Assembly: GCA_963703315.1 (NCBI GenBank)
Contig: OY969811.1
Span: 2,144,001-2,208,000 of the forward strand
Length of the DNA: 64,000 nucleotides
Direction: 5' to 3'
Source: an uncultured cyanobacterium
GTDB lineage: Bacteria; Cyanobacteriota; Cyanobacteriia; Pseudanabaenales; Pseudanabaenaceae
This document shows positions 58,041 through 64,000 of the stretch, one piece after another (the stretch's first letter is position 1; each line of letters begins with the position of its first letter). The translations under genes and the position numbers were made by a program. The notes below the pieces were generated by a model. It saw only the letters and a program-made list of their open reading frames with translations. It made no database searches and was not told the DNA's origin.

Positions 58041-60638
58041 CTAGTTGACTTTAAACTGAGATACGCTGACTTGCAACTCTTGGGCAACTTGAAGCAGTTC
58101 ATTAAAGGCGGCATTCAGACTTTCAGCATAGCTAGAGCTAGATGTGGCGATCGCGGCAACATTTTGGATTCTTTGGCTCACATCATTGGAAGTTTGGGAT
58201 TGCAGAACTGCCGCTTGGGAGATTTCGCGCACTAGTTGGTTAACTTGCTGACTGGATGCGGAAATATCCGTAAGTTTCTGACGAGTTTCTTCTACTAGTT
58301 GCGAACCACTGTTAACTTGTTTGGTTCCGACTGCCATTGCCTTTACTAAGTCATTAACCTGTGACTGAATCTCTTCGATCAACTGACGGATTTCCGTAGT
58401 CGCTTTTGCGGAACGCTGTGCCAAAGCGCGTACTTCGTTGGCAACTACCCCAAAGCCCTCACCTTCTTCCCCTGCTCTTGCCGCTTCAATCGAGGCATTC
58501 AGTGCCAACATATTCGTTTGGTTGGCAAAACCGCTAATTAATTTAACGACTTTAGAGATTTTTTGAGAAGCTTCTCCTAACTGTTGGACTTTCTCAGCAG
58601 TTTCCGACACTGTTTCTCGAATTGCGGTAAAACCTTCAACGGTAATATTCATCGCCGCATCACCTTCGAGCAGAGCTTTGTTCGCTGATTCTACTTGTGC
58701 TTCCGCCTGTACTGCCCGCAGTTCTACCCCCGCAATTAGTTCGGTTAAGTTATGAATGCGTTCGAGAGCTTCGGTGATCGCCTGTACCTGCTCAGTCGCT
58801 GCGCTTGATACATTTTGAATAGTTTGCTCGTTTTGAGAGACGGTTTGAGACACCGACTGAGAAGCAGTTTGGACTTCTAGTACCAATTTTCTGAGGTTTC
58901 TGATGGTCGAGTTATAGGAATCGGCGATCGTGCCAATCTCATCTTCAGTGACATTAGCGCGAATGGTTAAGTCGCCACGACTGATCGGGTCAACTTCAAT
59001 CAGCAGTTCGAGCGCCCGTTTTTGCAGAAATTCTTTCGCTTGACGTTGTTCTTGAATCCGCGACTCAGACTCAACTTGAATCACTTCCTGTCTGGCTTCA
59101 GCAATGCGCTCAGCCTCTAATTGCTTTTCTGCAATTAGCACTTCTAACTGCTCAGCCATGTTATTTAGCTCTTGCGATAAAGTGCCAATTTCATCGCCGC
59201 GATCGCTATCAGTTAGTCGCTCACTGATTTCCCCACGCCCCACCTTTTGGGTAAACCCCGACAAACGGCGTAATGGACTGGCAAAGGAACCTGCAATAAT
59301 TATGCCGATCGCGCTAGCAATCACAATCGAGATTCCTGCGATCGCATAACCAATATTTGATAGTCCTGACAATAGCTCTTGGATTTCAGAAAGTGGACGA
59401 CCCACATAGGCAATTCCCACAGGCTTTGTATTCAGATCGATGAGTTTCCGATGATCGTAGAGAGGCGCGTAGAAGGCGAGGTAGTTTACACCTGTGATGT
59501 TAGCATCGCCAACATATTCTTGTCCTTGCTGAAGTACGGCATTCGATACTTCACTGGAAGCGCGAGTCCCGATCGCCCGAGTATTATCGATACTTTTCGT
59601 GTTCGGATTAACGTAAGGAACATTGGTGGTAACTCGCCAATCCTGAGCAAAAATCGTTGCGGTGGGCATATTGTATCGTTTAGAAAATTTATCAACGATG
59701 CCATAGTTGCGATTGAGTAAAGCACCTACTATCGCCGTACCCACAACCCGTCCTTTAATTTTGATCGGATATACTGCCATACTGACCAGTCCCGATTTGC
59801 CCTGATCGATTTCATAGGTTCCCGATGGTGCTGGTTGCTTAGCCGCACTCAGTCCCTGAGTTGCTTGAGGACGGATACCAATATCTGCGGTTTTTTCTAG
59901 TCCTAAGGTTTGCAAATCTGAGGATTTTAGTAACTCGATGCCATACATTGGCTTACCTGTGGCGATCGCATTTTTGATAATCGGTAAATTCGCCAAGTCT
60001 GCCCCCGCAGGCAAAACACTCGGTTTATAGTTTTGAGGAACTAATTCTGCTTGATTTTTAGGCGCAAGCAGAGGAAACTTCGTCAAATCATCGTCCAGCA
60101 GCAGAATATTACCTTCAATGTTGCGTCCAAGATTATCGGTGACTAACTTCACATTCTTAATTGATTCTGGATCGCGACCTTCGCTACTAACTTGCAACAA
60201 TGGCTGTAGTATGGAGCGTTTTGCGGCTAGTTCTGTCGGATCACTTAAATTTAAGTTAGCATCTTCAATGGCTTTCGCGATCGCCTCAGCATCTTGCTTA
60301 CTTTCAGAATTTGTCCACATCACATATTCCGACACAAAGAAGGAGCCTTTTTCCTGTACCGAAGTTCGTAACTCTTTGAGAGCAGCTTGTTCTGAAGATC
60401 TAACTAGAGTCTGGGTGACGATGATCACTGGCAATCCTGAAGCCAATAACAGCACAATCGACAACTTCCAGCGTACACCCAAGTTATTCCAAGCTTGGAC
60501 TGGCAATTTCCAAAATGGAACTTTAGGATGCTCTTGAGCTATGGCTACGTCTCGTGATCTAATTTGGGTAACCGATCTTACTAGATTTGGTTCTGCACTA
60601 TCAGATGGTGGAATCTCTGGCTTATCTTTCAGTAACAT
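58041..60638 (-). CDS. Methyl-accepting chemotaxis protein (Cache + HAMP)
   Basis: Two TMs; [37 protein letters not shown]. Confidence 0.95.
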   Translation of the reverse strand: MLLKDKPEIPPSDSAEPNLVRSVTQIRSRDVAIAQEHPKVPFWKLPVQAWNNLGVRWKLSIVLLLASGLPVIIVTQTLVRSSEQAALKELRTSVQEKGSFFVSEYVMWTNSESKQDAEAIAKAIEDANLNLSDPTELAAKRSILQPLLQVSSEGRDPESIKNVKLVTDNLGRNIEGNILLLDDDLTKFPLLAPKNQAELVPQNYKPSVLPAGADLANLPIIKNAIATGKPMYGIELLKSSDLQTLGLEKTADIGIRPQATQGLSAAKQPAPSGTYEIDQGKSGLVSMAVYPIKIKGRVVGTAIVGALLNRNYGIVDKFSKRYNMPTATIFAQDWRVTTNVPYVNPNTKSIDNTRAIGTRASSEVSNAVLQQGQEYVGDANITGVNYLAFYAPLYDHRKLIDLNTKPVGIAYVGRPLSEIQELLSGLSNIGYAIAGISIVIASAIGIIIAGSFASPLRRLSGFTQKVGRGEISERLTDSDRGDEIGTLSQELNNMAEQLEVLIAEKQLEAERIAEARQEVIQVESESRIQEQRQAKEFLQKRALELLIEVDPISRGDLTIRANVTEDEIGTIADSYNSTIRNLRKLVLEVQTASQSVSQTVSQNEQTIQNVSSAATEQVQAITEALERIHNLTELIAGVELRAVQAEAQVESANKALLEGDAAMNITVEGFTAIRETVSETAEKVQQLGEASQKISKVVKLISGFANQTNMLALNASIEAARAGEEGEGFGVVANEVRALAQRSAKATTEIRQLIEEIQSQVNDLVKAMAVGTKQVNSGSQLVEETRQKLTDISASSQQVNQLVREISQAAVLQSQTSNDVSQRIQNVAAIATSSSSYAESLNAAFNELLQVAQELQVSVSQFKVN

Positions 60639-60668
60639 AATGCTTTCTCAATGGCGATGTGTTAAGTT

Positions 60669-60704
60669 CCCCTCTTCTGAGGGAGAGGGGCTAGGGGTGA
60701 GGGC
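60669..60704. repeat. Common cyanobacterial CCCCTCT..GGGAGAGGGG..GGGGTGAGGG repeat
   Basis: CCCCTCTTCTGAGGGAGAGGGGCTAGGGGTGAGGG between the two MCP genes. Confidence 0.6.
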
Positions 60705-63083
60705 TTAAGCAACTTTAAACTGAGCTACGCTTACTTGTAAGTCTTGAGCAACTTGCAACAGTTCAGAGAACGATCGCGCCACATCTTCAGACTGTTTAGA
60801 AGTGTCTTCAGCGATCGCCGCAATATCTTGCATTGCCTCACCGACGCGATCAGAGGTTTGAGTTTGCAGATCGGCAGCGATCGCAATTTCTTGCACAATC
60901 GTGTTAACTTGCTTACTAACCATCGCAATCTGAGTTAACTTTTCGCGAGCATTCTGCACCAGCTTTGTCCCTGTGACCACCTGCTCTGTCCCAGTTTCCA
61001 TCGCAGCAACTACTTCATTAGTTTGGGTCTGAATCTCTTCCACAAGCTGTTCAATTTCTGCGGTTGAGGTGGCGGACTGTTCCGCAAGGTCACGGACTTC
61101 TTCGGCAACCACACTAAAACCACGTCCTTCTTCACCCGCACGGGCGGCTTCAATGGCGGCATTGAGAGCGAGCAAGTTAGTTTGAGCAGCGAAGTTACTA
61201 ATCAAGTTGACGATCCGCGAAATCTTTTGCGAAGTCTCGCCCAGACGCTTGACCTTCTTGGCTGTTTCCGACACAGTTTCCCGAATCTCCGAAATCCCCA
61301 AAACTGTGCGGTTCATTGCCTCATCTCCTTCTTGGAGAACAGACACCGCTACTTGCATTCCATTTTCTGCTTGTTTCGCTTTGGTTCCTACACCTCGACT
61401 CGACTCAGCCATGCCTTTAATTTCCTGTAGCGCCGAGTTGATTGATTCTGATTGTTTGAGTGCTTCATTAGATACCGATCGCACCGAGAGTTCGTTACTG
61501 GTTGCCGTAGTCGTAACTGACTGTGAAGCTCCTTGTACTTCTAATACCAGCTTCCGTAAGTTGCGAATAATCGCATTATAGGAGTCGGCGATCGTCCCAA
61601 CTTCATCGGCAGTGACGTTAGCGCGAATCGTCAAATCACCGCGACTTACAGGATCAACTTCGATTAATAGCTCCAAAGCTCGACGTTGCAAAAATTCTTT
61701 TTCTTGTCTTTGTTGATCGGCACTAGCATCGGCATCAGCACGGGCTTCTTGACGGGCTAGCTCCAATCTTTCTGCTTCTAGTTGTTGTTCCGCAATCAGA
61801 GCTTCGAGTTGAGCAGCCATTTGATTAATGTTTTCTCCCAAAACCGCAAACTCATCTTCACCATCAACAACTAAGCGAGTTTGCAGTTCTCCCTGACCGA
61901 TTTTGCTAACCGCCGTCGCTGCGTCTTTAATCGGTTTGGTAGCTCGACTAGCCACAGTCGCCGCCAAGAAACCCACAATTAAAGCGGTAATTCCCGTTCC
62001 TGTGGCGAGGGTAAATAGCAAATCCCGTTGAGGCTTAAAAGCAAATTCGGTATCGATCGCAATGATTAGTCCCAAGTTCAGATTAGGCATATTGCGATAG
62101 GTGGGCAATGGCACATAGTTCAATAGCTGCTCTTTCTTATTGAAACGATCGACATCAACTACGACACCTGCTGTTTTATTGGCGATCGCTGATGCTAGTT
62201 GGGGGAAATCCTCTTTAGATTGCCGATCTACTTGCAAATTTTCCTTAGCCAGAAACATCTTTCCTGTCGCATCGATTAAATGATATTCATCCTCCTCATT
62301 AACGCTTCCTTGAATAATATCGACAAGGTTCTCAATGGGCATTCTTGTACGCACAACCCCAATCAACTTATTTGAGCCAGCTTCTTTAACGGGTGCAGAG
62401 ATAAAGAAGTTAACGGTTTTATTGACAGTTGATCGTCCAGGTTGACTGATAAAGGGTTTTCCTGTGGCTAGAGGGGTTTTGAAAAAATCACGTTCTTTGA
62501 TGCTAGAGGCGGGATCTTGGGTAATTGTGGAACGGATTGGCGTAGTCCCATCCAACTCGGCAAAAGCAATTAGGGTATATACTCCATAGGTTCTAGCATA
62601 TTCATTCAATACAGTTTCTCGCTCAGTTTGCGTCATTACCGTCTGTACTTTGCGATTAGCTAAAATTGGATGTCCTGCTAATACCTGAATATCACCATAG
62701 CGCTCATACATAAAGCGGTTGATCTTATCGGCGATCGCACTCGTTTTTTGCTGTTGCGTGTCGCGAATCCGTTCATCAAGCGATCGGCTGGCGAAGTAAT
62801 AGGCAGCACCACCGATCGCCACAACGGGAACTGTACTGAGTAACACTGCCAAAAAGATGGCTTTAGTACCAAGACTGAGCGATCGCCACCTTTGGCTTTT
62901 CGGTTTATTGGCAGTAATCGATGAATTGATATCATCTGGGGATAGATCATCAAGACCAAGCAATTTACGCTCTAATTCTTGTTCTATTTGCTCTTGTTCT
63001 ACCTGCTGACTAGTAAATGCCTCAACTGCTTTCCCATTTGCGGCTTTAGCATCGCCTTGGGATTCATTTTTTTGCGTTAGCAT
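60705..63083 (-). CDS. Methyl-accepting chemotaxis protein (dCache + HAMP)
   Basis: ERYGDIQ periplasmic region; [31 protein letters not shown]. Confidence 0.95.
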   Translation of the reverse strand: MLTQKNESQGDAKAANGKAVEAFTSQQVEQEQIEQELERKLLGLDDLSPDDINSSITANKPKSQRWRSLSLGTKAIFLAVLLSTVPVVAIGGAAYYFASRSLDERIRDTQQQKTSAIADKINRFMYERYGDIQVLAGHPILANRKVQTVMTQTERETVLNEYARTYGVYTLIAFAELDGTTPIRSTITQDPASSIKERDFFKTPLATGKPFISQPGRSTVNKTVNFFISAPVKEAGSNKLIGVVRTRMPIENLVDIIQGSVNEEDEYHLIDATGKMFLAKENLQVDRQSKEDFPQLASAIANKTAGVVVDVDRFNKKEQLLNYVPLPTYRNMPNLNLGLIIAIDTEFAFKPQRDLLFTLATGTGITALIVGFLAATVASRATKPIKDAATAVSKIGQGELQTRLVVDGEDEFAVLGENINQMAAQLEALIAEQQLEAERLELARQEARADADASADQQRQEKEFLQRRALELLIEVDPVSRGDLTIRANVTADEVGTIADSYNAIIRNLRKLVLEVQGASQSVTTTATSNELSVRSVSNEALKQSESINSALQEIKGMAESSRGVGTKAKQAENGMQVAVSVLQEGDEAMNRTVLGISEIRETVSETAKKVKRLGETSQKISRIVNLISNFAAQTNLLALNAAIEAARAGEEGRGFSVVAEEVRDLAEQSATSTAEIEQLVEEIQTQTNEVVAAMETGTEQVVTGTKLVQNAREKLTQIAMVSKQVNTIVQEIAIAADLQTQTSDRVGEAMQDIAAIAEDTSKQSEDVARSFSELLQVAQDLQVSVAQFKVA

Positions 63084-63158
63084 TGTCTTTTTTACTCCCA
63101 GTTATTAAAAAACATCAAATATCAAATATTAAAGATAGAAAATAAAACTCATTAAAAT

Positions 63159-63683
63159 CTATTGAACATTTTGGACGAGCGCATTACCATCAAGCACTAA
63201 AAGCGCTTCGTTTCTAGCATTTAGCCAGTAGCCAGCACAAACCTCAGCCAAGATAGCATTCCTAAAAGCAAGTGCAGAAGATTGGATTTGGGTAGCATCA
63301 CATCTCACCATCTGTCCCAGATGATGCACAGCAAAGCCAACAATCATTTCCTGACTGCGTAGAAATAGAATGTGATAACTATCTTGAAATTTACTAAAAC
63401 TATGGTCTTGAGCATAGAGGGGGGTATAGCCTAAAAGATTTGCCAGATCAACGATCCAAACGACATCACCCCGCCAGTTATAAATGCCCATAACACTAGG
63501 AGCCAAACCCGCGATCGCCGTTATTTGTGACAACCGCACTTTGACGATTTCCAGTAACTGATGTGTTGGCAATAGAGCTTTTTGCTGCGATTCAAGCGAA
63601 AAGGTGAGGAACAGATCATTAGTTGACTGGTTGGCATCTAACCGAGACAATTTTTGCTGATTACCAACCGTCTGATTTGTCAT
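63159..63683 (-). CDS. cheW: CheW-like protein
   Basis: VMGIYNWRGDVVWIVDL. Confidence 0.9.
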   Translation of the reverse strand: MTNQTVGNQQKLSRLDANQSTNDLFLTFSLESQQKALLPTHQLLEIVKVRLSQITAIAGLAPSVMGIYNWRGDVVWIVDLANLLGYTPLYAQDHSFSKFQDSYHILFLRSQEMIVGFAVHHLGQMVRCDATQIQSSALAFRNAILAEVCAGYWLNARNEALLVLDGNALVQNVQ

Positions 63684-63717
63684 AGTGATTATCCTCCCAA
63701 ATCCCTTGTTTTGATCT

Positions 63718-64000
63718 TTAATCTTTCACGAGCAGTTTCAATGTCCGCACCAGTTCAGCCGTATCCACAGGTTTAGTAAGATAAGCTGAGGCTCCTTGTT
63801 TCAAACCCCAGAATTTATCCATTTCACCACTCTTTGTCGAACAAAGCACAATCGGAATATCCTTAGTTTCAGGCTTATCTTTCAGATCTCGACACAACTC
63901 AAAACCACTTTCATTAGGCAAAACTACATCCAAGACAATGGCGTTAGGTTTCTGCTGTTTGATTTTGGCTCTCGCCTCCTCACCATTAGTGGCTAAAACC
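63718..64000 (-). CDS. CheY/PilH-like response regulator (5' end outside the window)
   Basis: The frame extends to the window edge: VLATNGEEA..KPNAIVLDVVLP..GFELCR..STK..YLTKP. Confidence 0.9.
   Translation of the reverse strand, partial: VLATNGEEARAKIKQQKPNAIVLDVVLPNESGFELCRDLKDKPETKDIPIVLCSTKSGEMDKFWGLKQGASAYLTKPVDTAELVRTLKLLVKD

Noticed and set aside
1..64000. tRNA, rRNA or riboswitch genes
   Set aside because: None recognised by eye; a covariance-model scan (tRNAscan-SE, Infernal/Rfam) would be needed to exclude them.

Overview
Cyanobacterial chromosome segment: HIP1 (GCGATCGC) is very abundant, and the gene content and repeats suggest a Pseudanabaena-like filamentous strain (inference). 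Housekeeping genes include a TrkA-type K+ channel, a GH57 hydrolase, mscL, uvrC, an RlmI-like methyltransferase, an M15 carboxypeptidase, a folate/biopterin MFS transporter and a CheY-CheW-MCP-MCP-CheA-CheW taxis cluster. Three accessory blocks are interleaved with them. (1) 13.7-24.6 kb: a partial contractile injection system operon (tube, a 2271-aa IQR-repeat protein, Afp7-like, VgrG, DUF4280, gp25). It is led by a 58-aa ORF missing from the ORF track that resembles the giant protein's C-terminus. (2) 27.3-36.3 kb: a toxin-antitoxin/defence island in which successive modules are separated by decayed copies of the same ~60-bp gene start; it also holds an IS1-family element. (3) 44.3-54.1 kb: a second island in which nearly every TA or nuclease module is bracketed by co-oriented repeat blocks built from paired HIP1-like sites; it ends in a repeat-helicase-methyltransferase fusion. 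The most striking signal is this repeat-delimited, cassette-like organisation of TA modules with no integrase in the window. No rRNA, tRNA or CRISPR array was seen. All family assignments come from motif recognition by eye, not database searches.
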